A stretch of 64,000 nucleotides of DNA from an uncultured Methanosarcinales archaeon. Lineage in GTDB: Archaea; Nanobdellota; Nanobdellia; Woesearchaeales; CAIVOO01. This document shows, piece after piece, positions 19,085 to 28,936 of this stretch (positions are counted from its first letter, which is position 1; each line of letters begins with the position of its first letter). Location: contig CAZAIK010000001.1 in NCBI GenBank assembly GCA_964485195.1, positions 124,001-188,000 on the forward strand. Direction: 5' to 3'. The position numbers and the translations under genes are program-made. The notes under the pieces were generated by a model that worked only from the letters and a program-made list of their open reading frames with translations, did not search any database and had not been told where the DNA came from.

Positions 19085-19255
19085 TTACAATTTAAAATTC
19101 TTAAGATACTTGTTTATATTTTCCAGCTCTGACTTTATTGCCTGACCTTCTGTTTTTTTACCCTCCCTGATTTCCTTAAGGAGGTCTTCATAGCAGGAAG
19201 CCACAAAGATTAACAATCCTCTTATTGCTTTCTTGCTAAAACCTGACGGGGGCAT
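19085..19255 (-). CDS. Small hypothetical protein (56 aa, absent from ORF track)
   Basis: Own translation: MPPSGFSKKAIRGLLIFVASCYEDLLKEIREGKKTEGQAIKSELENINKYLKNFKL; AGGTGA RBS. Confidence 0.7.
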   Translation of the reverse strand: MPPSGFSKKAIRGLLIFVASCYEDLLKEIREGKKTEGQAIKSELENINKYLKNFKL

Positions 19256-19303
19256 TTTGTTCACCTATGTTGATTTAGTTAAAGTCATAATTTTTATAGT
19301 TTA

Positions 19304-19324
19304 ACACCCCCCTTATAGGGGTGT
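19304..19324. promoter_or_regulatory. Inverted repeat ACACCCC-N7-GGGGTGT, candidate TrmB-family operator
   Basis: Perfect 7-bp arms between divergent TATA-like boxes. Confidence 0.6.
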
Positions 19325-19365
19325 AATGGAAAGGTATTTATACATAAAGTTGAACCCTAAAGAAG

Positions 19366-20112
19366 ATGTATGAACAGCAATTGCAGAAATTAGGGCTGAC
19401 AGCAGGGGAGGCCAAGGTCTATGAGGCTCTTCTAGCTCTCGGCTCTTCAACAGTAGGCCCAATATTGAAGAAATCAGGAGTGGCTTACTCAAAAGTTTAT
19501 CATATACTTAACAGGCTTATGGACAAGGGCTTTGTCAGTTTTGTCCTGCGTGAAAAAACGAGATATTTCAGCGCAGTTGAGCCGGCACAGATTAGGGAAC
19601 ATATTGAGAGGCAAGAGCAGCAACTGGCCAAGAACAAGGAGATGTTTGAAAAATTGCTTCCTGAGCTGGAAATGCTTAAAGCATCAGGTAAAAAGGAAGA
19701 AGCGCAGGTTTTTATTGGGGAAAAGGGGCTAATGGCCGCTTACGATAATCTCTTAAGAGGTTCAACCAAGACAGACCAAGGGATATTTTTTTATGTTCAC
19801 GACAAGACTTATTACAAACGCGCCGAGAGGTTCTATATTAAATCATGGAGTGTTGTTAAAAAGTTCGGCAATGCCTGGCGAGGAGTGGCCAACCAGGAAT
19901 TTATGAAAACAAAACTGGCCAGGAGTTATCCATCCTTCATCAAGCAAAGATATGTTTCATTTCCCCTCCCCTCAAATATTGATGTTATCGGGAACAAAGC
20001 GTTAATAACTGTCTGGAGGGAAAAACCGATCGGGATACTTGTAGAATCCGAAGAGCTTGCTGAGAACCTTAAGCAGTATTTTGAAGCTGTCTGGGAAATG
20101 GCAAATCCCTAG
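19366..20112 (+). CDS. TrmB family transcriptional regulator
   Basis: LGLTAGEAKVYEALL..G, SKVYHILNRLMDKG; effector domain ending YFEAVW. Confidence 0.88.
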   Translation: MYEQQLQKLGLTAGEAKVYEALLALGSSTVGPILKKSGVAYSKVYHILNRLMDKGFVSFVLREKTRYFSAVEPAQIREHIERQEQQLAKNKEMFEKLLPELEMLKASGKKEEAQVFIGEKGLMAAYDNLLRGSTKTDQGIFFYVHDKTYYKRAERFYIKSWSVVKKFGNAWRGVANQEFMKTKLARSYPSFIKQRYVSFPLPSNIDVIGNKALITVWREKPIGILVESEELAENLKQYFEAVWEMANP

Positions 20113-20122
20113 AACAGCTTGA

Positions 20123-20317
20123 TTATAGTTCAGGATTGTTTTCCTTCAATTTCAACCTTCCTTCCGCCCTTCCCACAAGAATCTCATGAAATTTCTTTTT
20201 TTCCTGCGATAGCTTCTCTTTATCAAGCTTATCCAGGATTTGATTTAATAAAACTAAATCGCTGTCTGAAAGCCTTATCCTGTTGATTGTTTCTTGAACT
20301 ATATCTGCCCTTTTCAA
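20123..20317 (-). CDS. Small hypothetical protein coupled to radB
   Basis: Start overlaps the radB stop. Confidence 0.5.
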   Translation of the reverse strand: MKRADIVQETINRIRLSDSDLVLLNQILDKLDKEKLSQEKKKFHEILVGRAEGRLKLKENNPEL

Positions 20318-21015
20318 AATATCTTGAAACCTTTCCCCTCCCTGCTTTTTATTATTCCTTCTGGTTTTATTTCAAAAACCATATCCCTTTCGCTCATGGA
20401 GCGGTGCTTTCTCAGTATTGCCCTCCTCTTGTTGTTTGGTGTTATCTGCAGTTCAATCAGGCATTTGGAGCCATATCTTAAAACATCCCCTCCCACAATA
20501 TTCACCTTGTCCCTTTCGTCAAAATTTGCGTAAACCTGGTTTGTTATGAGTATGGGAATGTTTTTCTTTCTTGCAATTTCTGTGAGCCAGGCCACCTGCT
20601 GCGCCAGCTCCCTGTTTATGTCGTGAATGGATTCTTCCTGCTTAAGCTCCAGGCGGTAAAGCATGGATATGCTGTCCACTATTATCATAGCTATATCTTC
20701 ATTAATCAGGCTCTTAAGCTTCTCAAAGTTACTTTTCTGTTCCTTGAAAGTGGTTGGCTTCAGGAAAAAAGTGTTGTCCAGTATCTTCTGGTAGTCCTTG
20801 GTAAGCTGCTTCAGCCTTTCAATGGAGAATCCCCCCTCTGTGTCCACATAAATGACCTTCTTGTTTTTGGCTGCAGCCACTGCGCCCAACAGGCAGATCA
20901 GGGTTTTCCCAGAGCCTGCAGGGCCGTAAATAGTTGTTATAATGTCCGGCTCATAGCCACCCGCAAGCAGCTCGTCAAATACAGCGCTTCCAGAACTTTT
21001 TCTCAGATAATCCAT
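20314..21015 (-). CDS. radB: DNA repair protein RadB
   Basis: GPAGSGKT, DTEGGFSIERL, LRKHRS motif. Confidence 0.95.
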   Translation of the reverse strand: MDYLRKSSGSAVFDELLAGGYEPDIITTIYGPAGSGKTLICLLGAVAAAKNKKVIYVDTEGGFSIERLKQLTKDYQKILDNTFFLKPTTFKEQKSNFEKLKSLINEDIAMIIVDSISMLYRLELKQEESIHDINRELAQQVAWLTEIARKKNIPILITNQVYANFDERDKVNIVGGDVLRYGSKCLIELQITPNNKRRAILRKHRSMSERDMVFEIKPEGIIKSREGKGFKIF

Positions 21016-21088
21016 AATTTATTTAAAAATCGGTATTTTTTAAATAATTTGCTAAAAGCTTTAATACTCCACACTTTTTTAAAGCAAA

Positions 21089-22567
21089 ATGTCAAAATTC
21101 AAGAAAATAGCCTGGGCAGTATTTCTGGCAGTCCTGATTTTACGCCTGACCATAGCGTTCAGCAGCCCCTATTTTGAGTATGAATCCTACTTTCACATAA
21201 GGCACATTGAGAACATCAAGGAAACAGGGCTGCCTGCCTATGATGACCCCCTCAGCTATGGGGGAGGAACTTTCTTCTTTTCGCCGGTTTTTCACTATAT
21301 TGTGGCTTTTTTCTCATTCATTATACCCCTTGGAATAATAGGCAAGGTGCTGCCCAACCTTTTTTACGCATTAGTGATCCCCTTGACTTATTATATATCA
21401 AGGGAGATCACAGGGGACAAGAAAACCTCCCTTGTGGTGCCGGTCATGGTTGCGTTCATGCCGGTCTTGTGGTCAAACATTTTCACCCTTAACCCTTTAA
21501 GCGTGGCCATCCCCCTTGTTTTCCTGGCTTTTTATTTTCTTATACAAAAGAATGGAAAAAGAAACATTAACATGTTTTTACTGTTAGCCATCATCGCCGC
21601 TTTAATAAGCCCGGTGACAATTGTGATTGTGCCTGCTTTATGGCTTTACATCCTGTTCCTCAAGATAGAAAAAATAAGGGAAAGGAAGCCCCTTGTGGAA
21701 GTGACAATTTTCCTGACATTCCTGGTATTGCTGGTGCAGTTCCTTCTATACAAGAATGCCATACTAGTTAATGGTCTCAGAGTGATATGGCAGAACATTC
21801 CCAACAGCATTCTGAGCAATTATTTTGCTGACATTGGAATACTTGATGTCATAGCCAACGTGGGAATGCTGGCGTTCCTGTTTGGGCTGTATGAGATTTA
21901 CATTTTTTCCTTTGAAAAGAAAGAGAAAACCCCAAGTTTATTCATTTCTCTGGTTATCATCGTGGGAATCTTCTTATGGGCTAAACTGGTTCCCCTCCAG
22001 TCCGGAATGATATTGCTTGGGACAGCCATATCAATAATTTCCATACCAGCAATTAAGAACTTTGCAGACTACTTCAAAAAAACAAAATTTAAGTATTTCA
22101 AATACATAACATTAGCAATAATCATCTTATTCCTTGTAACTTCCATTGCCCCTGCTGTTTATTATCTTGACGTGTCCAGGAAAGAAATGCCAAGCAATAA
22201 TGAAATAAGTGCGATGCTATGGCTCAAGGAGAATGCAAGTGAGCGGTCAACTGTTGTGGGCAGTGTCAAGGACGGGCATTTGATAACAGCAGTAGCTGGA
22301 AGGAAGAACGTGATTGACAGCAATTTCCTTATGAAACAGGACGCCAAAGAGCGTTTGGAGGACGTCTCTTCCATTTACCAAACCAAGTATGAGACCAGCG
22401 CACTTGGGCTGCTGGACAAGTACAATGCCAAATACATTTTCTTCGGAAGAAATGTAAAGAGCAGGTACAACGTCAGTGGCCTGAATTTTGAGGACCCTGA
22501 ATGTTTTGGTGAAAGGTTCGCGGAAGGAGAGGTCAGGATATTGAAAACGTGGTGTGATTTGGAATGA
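21089..22567 (+). CDS. GT-C-like multi-pass membrane glycosyltransferase
   Basis: ESYFHIR loop, many TMs, AMLWLKEN...GHLI extracellular domain. Confidence 0.65.
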   Translation: MSKFKKIAWAVFLAVLILRLTIAFSSPYFEYESYFHIRHIENIKETGLPAYDDPLSYGGGTFFFSPVFHYIVAFFSFIIPLGIIGKVLPNLFYALVIPLTYYISREITGDKKTSLVVPVMVAFMPVLWSNIFTLNPLSVAIPLVFLAFYFLIQKNGKRNINMFLLLAIIAALISPVTIVIVPALWLYILFLKIEKIRERKPLVEVTIFLTFLVLLVQFLLYKNAILVNGLRVIWQNIPNSILSNYFADIGILDVIANVGMLAFLFGLYEIYIFSFEKKEKTPSLFISLVIIVGIFLWAKLVPLQSGMILLGTAISIISIPAIKNFADYFKKTKFKYFKYITLAIIILFLVTSIAPAVYYLDVSRKEMPSNNEISAMLWLKENASERSTVVGSVKDGHLITAVAGRKNVIDSNFLMKQDAKERLEDVSSIYQTKYETSALGLLDKYNAKYIFFGRNVKSRYNVSGLNFEDPECFGERFAEGEVRILKTWCDLE

Positions 22568-23919
22568 AAAGGGACCTAGCATTTATGATAATGGGAACCG
22601 TTGTCCTGCTGTCCATAATCACGTTGTTCAAGCCAATGGACATTCTTGCAGGGGGAGAATCATACTACCATCTTATCGCGGCACAGCCTGAAAGGAATCC
22701 TGAATTAACTGTTGATGGGAGACCGGCTGTTTTTTCGCAGTATGACTATCTGTTAAGCCTTGCTTTCCTGGCTTTTGAGCCTGTCCCTTTTATGAAAATA
22801 TTCCCAATACTACTGGGCGCCTTATGCATTATCCTGGTTTATTTTATTTCAGGCAGGCTTATGCAAAGAAGAAGCGCCTTGTACACAACCCTGATTTTCC
22901 TGCTGTCCCCTGCCTTTTTGTATATTTTCAGCACGAACTCGGCAGAGATGATTTCTTTGGTTTTGTTGCTGACAGGAGCACTCTTGCTGACCCAAAAAGG
23001 CCACCTTTCTTATCTTTCCATCTTTCCCTTTATTTTCGCCTCCCTAAGCAGCTCATTCGTGGCAGTCTTAAGCATAATCATACTTGTCACCTTCTTCATT
23101 TTTAAGATGAGAAGGTTTGATTTGATTATTGGAAGCATTGTAATAGTTGGCATAGCCTTAATAGAAAGGCCTTTTTTCATCATAAATTACCAGCTTTCCA
23201 GCCTCTCCATCATCTCTGAACTCTTCTCAGATTTCGGAGGATTATGGGGGATTTCTGTATTTACAGCGATATTCTTTATTGCGGGCCTGCTGGCAGCCAA
23301 AAAAAGACGATACATCTATCCTGTTTTAATCTTCCTCATAATCTCTTTTTTCATAGAGCCCAGGACTGTTATGTATGCGAATGTTCTTGTCTGCGGACTT
23401 GCAGGCATAGGGTTGAATGTGATAATTGAAAAGAAATGGCAGTTAAAAAACCTGAAATATACAATGAACTTCCTTCTTATAACAGGAATCCTCTTTTCAG
23501 CAGTGTCCCATTTGCAAATAATCAGGAGCCTTCCTCCTGAGCCTGAATTCGTAGAAGCAGCCAGCTGGCTTAACACCAATGCTGATAATGGCACTGTTCT
23601 TTCCTCTCCCTCCAACAGCTTTTTCATAGAATACTTCAGCCAAAAAAGGGTATTAATGGATCCCTTGTCATATCACAGCAAAAGCTTTGAAAAATTCAGT
23701 AACATAACAAATGAGACATTCTACTCCCGCAGCCTGGAAAAAACAGAGAAACTTTTAAATATGCATAACATAGCTTATATAATGATTGATCCTGCAATGA
23801 TGGAAGGAGGTGTTTGGGGCAGGCCCAACCAAGGGCTCTTGTTTTTGCTCACCAATGAGCAGGTTTTCCCTACAGTTTACAACAGAGGAGGCGTTAAGAT
23901 AATCTACCATTTCAAATGA
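22564..23919 (+). CDS. GT-C-like multi-pass membrane glycosyltransferase, paralogue of the upstream gene
   Basis: GESYYHL, many TMs, AASWLN..TVLS domain. Confidence 0.62.
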   Translation: MKRDLAFMIMGTVVLLSIITLFKPMDILAGGESYYHLIAAQPERNPELTVDGRPAVFSQYDYLLSLAFLAFEPVPFMKIFPILLGALCIILVYFISGRLMQRRSALYTTLIFLLSPAFLYIFSTNSAEMISLVLLLTGALLLTQKGHLSYLSIFPFIFASLSSSFVAVLSIIILVTFFIFKMRRFDLIIGSIVIVGIALIERPFFIINYQLSSLSIISELFSDFGGLWGISVFTAIFFIAGLLAAKKRRYIYPVLIFLIISFFIEPRTVMYANVLVCGLAGIGLNVIIEKKWQLKNLKYTMNFLLITGILFSAVSHLQIIRSLPPEPEFVEAASWLNTNADNGTVLSSPSNSFFIEYFSQKRVLMDPLSYHSKSFEKFSNITNETFYSRSLEKTEKLLNMHNIAYIMIDPAMMEGGVWGRPNQGLLFLLTNEQVFPTVYNRGGVKIIYHFK

Positions 23920-25163
23920 ACCTTGCAACGGAAATAATAGTGTGGATTACTTATTTTGTGGGGCTTTACTTCGCAGTATTCTGGTTTTTGACCTTTGTAG
24001 AGAGAGGGATTCCCAGGGACCTTACAAAAAAAATAACCAAGTTTCCCTTTGTGACCATAGCAATCCCTGCTTACAATACAGGAAGGACGGTGGAGAAAAC
24101 CATAAAGTCCGCCCTTAACCTCAACTACCCCTCAGACAAGCTTGAAATAATCGTGGTGAATCACGGCTCCTCTGACAACACCAGAGAGATTATAGAGCAG
24201 TACAAGGACAAGGTGAAAATAGTTAATATAGGGAGGACGCCTGATGAAAGGAAGGGGAGGCCTATGAATGTCGCCTTAAAGCGGGCAAAAGGGGAATTCT
24301 TTGTCTGCCTGGATGCTGATTCATTAGCTACCAAGAATTCCTTGCTTAAAACCCTCCCCTATTTTGATGACAAAGAGGTGGGATGCGTGCTGCCTTCTAT
24401 GAAAGTGTACAAGCCAAGAACATTCTGGCACAAGGTTCAGCATTCTGAATACCTTGTGAATATGTTTTACAAAAGGCTGATGAGCTATATGAACTGCATT
24501 CACGTGGCTCCGGGGCCTTTCAGTGTTTTCAGGACCAAAACTTTGAGGGACGTAGGAGGTTATGACGAGAAAAATTTAACTGAGGACTTGGAAATAACCT
24601 ACAGGCTGCAGAAATACCAGTACAAGGTTATTCAGCTAATGAACACTTTTGTGTATACAGTGGCACCGAAAAACTTAAAAGAGATCTACAGGCAGAGGAA
24701 CAGGTGGTTTAAAGGAGCGTTCATCAACACCATAAAATACAGGTCAATGCTTTTCAACAAGAAATACGGGGATTTTGGATTGATACAGCTGCCCACTGTG
24801 GTAATCTCAGGGGGCATAGCGGTTTCCCTGCTGCTAATAACAGTTTATTTTGGCATAATAAAGCAGCTTGGCCACCTGTGGAATATGCGGTTCATAAACT
24901 TTGATTTTTTAACATTAATCAAGAACATACGCCTGGATTTCATTGTGTTTGACCTGAACTTCGCACTGGTCTGCACATCAATCGTGGCTCTCTTGATAAC
25001 ATCCACAATAATAATCAAGGCTTTCAAGCATACTGAAGAAAAGATTTTAAGACAGGGCATCCTGCCAGTAACATTCTTCTTTTTGTATTATTATCTCATA
25101 ATGGGAATGGCCTGGCTGGGCGTGATGTTTGATTTTTTGACCTTCAGGCACAGAAACTGGTGA
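23916..25163 (+). CDS. GT2 processive (cellulose synthase/PgaC-like) glycosyltransferase
   Basis: IPAYN, LDAD, TEDLE, QRNRW. Confidence 0.9.
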   Translation: MNLATEIIVWITYFVGLYFAVFWFLTFVERGIPRDLTKKITKFPFVTIAIPAYNTGRTVEKTIKSALNLNYPSDKLEIIVVNHGSSDNTREIIEQYKDKVKIVNIGRTPDERKGRPMNVALKRAKGEFFVCLDADSLATKNSLLKTLPYFDDKEVGCVLPSMKVYKPRTFWHKVQHSEYLVNMFYKRLMSYMNCIHVAPGPFSVFRTKTLRDVGGYDEKNLTEDLEITYRLQKYQYKVIQLMNTFVYTVAPKNLKEIYRQRNRWFKGAFINTIKYRSMLFNKKYGDFGLIQLPTVVISGGIAVSLLLITVYFGIIKQLGHLWNMRFINFDFLTLIKNIRLDFIVFDLNFALVCTSIVALLITSTIIIKAFKHTEEKILRQGILPVTFFFLYYYLIMGMAWLGVMFDFLTFRHRNW

Positions 25164-25167
25164 GAAA

Positions 25168-25857
25168 GTGAAGAGGGAAATAAAAGGGAAGTACCTGCTT
25201 GCTGCAGTAATCACAGGGCTTATATTCCTGCTTGGAATGCTTCTGGGACTGATTGTAGAGGGAAAAAGGGTTGATTATGTGCAGTCCCAGGCTGAGCAGC
25301 AGAAGCTGGATTTTGTAAGCCTGCAGCTCCAGTACCAGCTTATTTCAGAACTGAGCCAGCAAGGAAACTGCCCTGCAGTTTCTGCAACATTTGAGGAATT
25401 CCTGAAAGAGCTGGGAAGAACAGAAGAGCGGCTTATAGAGTATGAGAAAAATGCCAAAGTGAATAGGGACAGTTTTGAGAGGCTTAAGAGGGATTATGTC
25501 CAGGCCCAGGTTAATTACTGGCTGCTGGCAAAGAAAACAAAACAGATATGTGACAGGGACATAGCAACCATCTTATATTTCTACGCCCCAACTGAAAACT
25601 GCAAAGAATGTGATGCGCAGGGTTTTGTTTTAACCTATCTCAAGGACTTGTTCAAGGAGAAACTGCTGATATTCTCCTTTGACTCCAGTTTCAGGGAAGA
25701 ACCTTTGGTGGATCTTTTAATCAAGACTTACAATGTGACAGAATACCCCTCCTTGGTTTTGGAGGACAAGCTGATAACAGGATTTCGCGACAGGGATGGT
25801 TTGCTGAAGGAAATATGCCCTTTATACAAAGAGAAGCCTGAAATCTGTGCCTCTTAA
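25168..25857 (+). CDS. Membrane-anchored thioredoxin-fold protein
   Basis: N-terminal TM, ILYFY...CKEC, YP cis-Pro-like motif. Confidence 0.7.
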   Translation: MKREIKGKYLLAAVITGLIFLLGMLLGLIVEGKRVDYVQSQAEQQKLDFVSLQLQYQLISELSQQGNCPAVSATFEEFLKELGRTEERLIEYEKNAKVNRDSFERLKRDYVQAQVNYWLLAKKTKQICDRDIATILYFYAPTENCKECDAQGFVLTYLKDLFKEKLLIFSFDSSFREEPLVDLLIKTYNVTEYPSLVLEDKLITGFRDRDGLLKEICPLYKEKPEICAS

Positions 25858-26288
25858 TGCTTCTTTTTGATGAAATCTTTCAGGGTAAATGAAGGCTCTT
25901 CTGAGTTTCCCTTCTTGAAATTTGTTTTTGCAACCTCCTCAACAAGAGTAATGCCGAGCTGTTTTTTCAGCTTTTCTGCAAGTTTTAGAGTTGGTTTTAG
26001 ATGTCCTGACTCTATGCTCTGAATGACTGAAACCTTCTCATTAACAAGCTTGGCGAATTCTTCCTGTTTCAATCCCAGGTCTTCTCTCTTTCTTTTGATG
26101 ATTTCAGCATAATTCTTGATTATGATCTTTTCAGGTTCTTCCCTGACAGGCTTTTTTGCCTTGACAACAAGCTGGGGCTTTTTGAGAATTTTGCCGTGCT
26201 TTGCGCAGGCAGGACAAACCTTTAACTCTGTTCCCTCTATCAAAACAGGGTAAGTTCCAGCTTCCTTCCCGCACATCTCGCAGTGCAT
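25854..26288 (-). CDS. Archaeal multiprotein bridging factor aMBF1
   Basis: CEMCG...CPAC Zn ribbon plus Cro-HTH. Confidence 0.92.
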   Translation of the reverse strand: MHCEMCGKEAGTYPVLIEGTELKVCPACAKHGKILKKPQLVVKAKKPVREEPEKIIIKNYAEIIKRKREDLGLKQEEFAKLVNEKVSVIQSIESGHLKPTLKLAEKLKKQLGITLVEEVAKTNFKKGNSEEPSFTLKDFIKKKH

Positions 26289-26289
26289 T

Positions 26290-26673
26290 TTATTCAGGAA
26301 TTGTTTTTATTATAACTTTCCGGTTTCTGGGGCCGTCAAACTCGCAAAAGATTATTCCCTGCCACCTGCCCAGTTTTAACCTGCCATTTTCTATTATTAA
26401 CTTTTCTGAACATCCAATGATTGACGACTTGATATGGGAATCGGCATTTCCTTCTGTGTGGGAATAGCCAGAGCTTTCAGGTACCAGTTCATTCAGCTTG
26501 TTAATGATGTCCTTCTTGACGCTGGGGTCGGCATTCTCATTTATCGTGATAGCTGCGGTTGTGTGCGGGCAGTAAACAATGCAGGTTCCATTCTCTATAT
26601 TAATTAATTTCTGGACCTTGTCAGTTATGTCAATCAATTCGTTTCTATTGGATGATGAGATTGAGATTTCCAT
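26290..26673 (-). CDS. yjbQ: YjbQ/UPF0047 family protein
   Basis: HTTAAITINENADP, HTEGNADSHIKS, GRWQG..CEFDGPR. Confidence 0.92.
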   Translation of the reverse strand: MEISISSSNRNELIDITDKVQKLINIENGTCIVYCPHTTAAITINENADPSVKKDIINKLNELVPESSGYSHTEGNADSHIKSSIIGCSEKLIIENGRLKLGRWQGIIFCEFDGPRNRKVIIKTIPE

Positions 26674-26727
26674 AAATCCTTATAACAAGAAGAACATATA
26701 TAAATATTCTGGATTTGAGCAGTATTT

Positions 26728-27216
26728 ATGAGCGTTTTGATAGTAATACGAGGGCCTCTTGGCTGCGGGAAAACAACAATAGCCAAAAGGCTGGCAGACA
26801 TTCTGAAAGCCAAGGTTTTTCATATTGATGATGTTCTGGAAAAACACGGGTTGCTTAATGAAAAGGAAAATGGTTATGTTGCTCAAAGAAGCTTTCTTAA
26901 AGCAAATGAAATTATCAATCCAAAAGCAATCGAGCAATTGGAAAAAGGAACTCCTGTTATTATTGAAGGCAATTTCTACTGGAAATCGCAAGTTAAAGAC
27001 CTGATTGAGAGATTAAAATACAAAAACTATGTTTTTACCTTGAAAGCTCCGGTCAAAGTATGCATTGAAAGAGATATTGCAAGAGGGGAGACGCACGGGG
27101 CAGATGCGGCAAAGGCAGTGCACGCAAAAGTCACAGAATTTGATTACGGGATTGTAGTTGATGCCAGCAAAGGGATTGATGCTATAGTAAAGGAAATCCT
27201 TAGGCATATTAAATAA
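26728..27216 (+). CDS. P-loop kinase (AAA_33-like)
   Basis: GPLGCGKTT, CIERDIAR lid. Confidence 0.8.
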   Translation: MSVLIVIRGPLGCGKTTIAKRLADILKAKVFHIDDVLEKHGLLNEKENGYVAQRSFLKANEIINPKAIEQLEKGTPVIIEGNFYWKSQVKDLIERLKYKNYVFTLKAPVKVCIERDIARGETHGADAAKAVHAKVTEFDYGIVVDASKGIDAIVKEILRHIK

Positions 27217-27224
27217 TAGCCGGA

Positions 27225-28076
27225 CTAGAACTGCAAGATGTCTCTTAGAATTTTTAATTGGTGATCTAATTTTAGCTTATTGTTGTTATGATTATATGGA
27301 AAGGTGAATAGTATCTCCAGAACAGCATAATATTTTACCTTCTCAAGATCCACTTTATTGCCGTATCCTTCAATCAAATAATTAAATCTACCTTCAAAAT
27401 AATGAGTCAAATAGGACCTTGCAAAATCCCATTCTATCGGCCCGCTAAACAAATCGCCAAAATCAATGATTGCTATTATTTTTTTACCCTTTATTTTGAC
27501 ATTCCACTCTTCAAGGTCATAATGAAGCAATCTATAATCCTCAACTCTCAAAAAATCTTTCTGGTCATCTATGTATTTTTGCAGTTTTGAAAAGTTCTTC
27601 TTACTGACCAAATTTGACTTTCTTAATATATCCAAATGGTCATCCAGCCAACTATTAACAAAATCTTTGAAAGATTTATGCCCTCCTTTTCCATCTGTTT
27701 CAATAAACCCCGCGCCTGCTGTTTTTATTTGATGAATTCTTTTTAAGATCCTACCAAGTTCAATGTAGATTTTTCGGATTTCCTGCTCAGATAATCTCAC
27801 CTCATCTAAAAATTTACCCTCAACGTAATCCTGAATTACATAATCCTGTCCTGACACTAATAAATGAGGCATCGGAATTAATCCAAATAACTTTTGATAT
27901 GCAAACTTCTCTCTAAATGCTTTCACAGGCCAGACAGAAAATTTCACTATGTATTTCTTATCATCAGACTGCACTATTCTTACAACAGAGTGTATGCCTT
28001 TTTCTTCGCCAACAACCTTAATATTTTGAACGTTTAGTTTGTTCTCAAATAGCTTTTTTATTTTCTCATTTTGCAT
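27225..28076 (-). CDS. Aminoglycoside phosphotransferase-family kinase
   Basis: LLHYDLEEWN, IIDFGD, EWDFA; AT-rich. Confidence 0.82.
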   Translation of the reverse strand: MQNEKIKKLFENKLNVQNIKVVGEEKGIHSVVRIVQSDDKKYIVKFSVWPVKAFREKFAYQKLFGLIPMPHLLVSGQDYVIQDYVEGKFLDEVRLSEQEIRKIYIELGRILKRIHQIKTAGAGFIETDGKGGHKSFKDFVNSWLDDHLDILRKSNLVSKKNFSKLQKYIDDQKDFLRVEDYRLLHYDLEEWNVKIKGKKIIAIIDFGDLFSGPIEWDFARSYLTHYFEGRFNYLIEGYGNKVDLEKVKYYAVLEILFTFPYNHNNNKLKLDHQLKILRDILQF

Positions 28077-28106
28077 TTTAATAAGGTAGTTTAAAATATC
28101 ATAAAA

Positions 28107-28248
28107 AGCGGGGAGGGGGACTCGAACCCCCGATCATCGGGATCTGCAGGTCATTGCCTATAAGGCTCAGCATCCTGATGTTGCAGCCGATTGCCTTAGC
28201 CGCTTGGCCCTAGGGTCTTCCAAGATTGCTCTCAGAAGCTATCCCCGC
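28107..28248 (-). tRNA. tRNA-Cys(GCA) with two introns (about 28207-28237 in the D-stem; 28142-28180 at 37/38)
   Basis: Acceptor GCGGGGA/TCCCCGC with U73, anticodon stem ATCGG/CCGAT, GGTTCGAGTCC T-arm. Confidence 0.88.
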
Positions 28249-28387
28249 AAATGGCTAAGGCTGGTAAAAATGTCATATTGTGTGTTTATAAATATTTCTA
28301 AACAATTAAAAAAATGCCGGCTATAGGGTGTTCTTAATCCGCTTTTCTTGCTTTCAGGATTCTCTCTGCTGCCAGAACAGCATTAAA

Positions 28388-28440
28388 CCTCCCTGAGCGT
28401 TAGCGAAAAGAGACCAGCAAATCTGTGATTTGCGCTGCCT
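28388..28440 (+). repeat. Dispersed palindromic repeat, copy 1
   Basis: GCGAAAAGAGACCAGCAAATCTGTGATTTGCGCTGCCT matches the reverse complement of 36132-36169 with one mismatch. Confidence 0.85.
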
Positions 28441-28525
28441 TCAGCAGTTAATAATTCCCTTGCAGGGCAATAGAGCAGAAGAAGCAAAACAAAACAGCAA
28501 GGCTAATGCAAGAACTGGCAACGAT

Positions 28526-28936
28526 TTATTTTAATTTATTTGCCAGCTCCTGCTTTTCTTCCTCAGAAAGCTTTGTCCTGTCCAGTTTTCCCTTCTTCTG
28601 GTAAATCTGGTCATTGAAGCTTCTTGGGATCAGATGGAAATGGACGTGCTCCTTTTTCAGCCTGCTTTCTTTGACAAAGGGCTTGTAATTCTGGATTATT
28701 TCTATCCCTTCAACTTTCAGCTTCTCGAGCATTCTTTTCTCTGTTTCTTTTATTGTCTTGATAATATCACACAATTCAGAATCAGGAATCTCTATGATGC
28801 TCTTGTAATGCTTTTTTGTAATCACAAGCAAGTGCCCCTTTGCAACGGGGTGCTCGTCAGGGATAACATAGCAGTGTTCAGTCTCAATAATGACATTTGC
28901 TTTTTCCTTAATATTGCAAAATGCGCAGTTGTTCAT
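28526..28936 (-). CDS. HIT family hydrolase
   Basis: CAFC, HPVAKGHLLVI, HVHFHLIPR. Confidence 0.92.
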   Translation of the reverse strand: MNNCAFCNIKEKANVIIETEHCYVIPDEHPVAKGHLLVITKKHYKSIIEIPDSELCDIIKTIKETEKRMLEKLKVEGIEIIQNYKPFVKESRLKKEHVHFHLIPRSFNDQIYQKKGKLDRTKLSEEEKQELANKLK

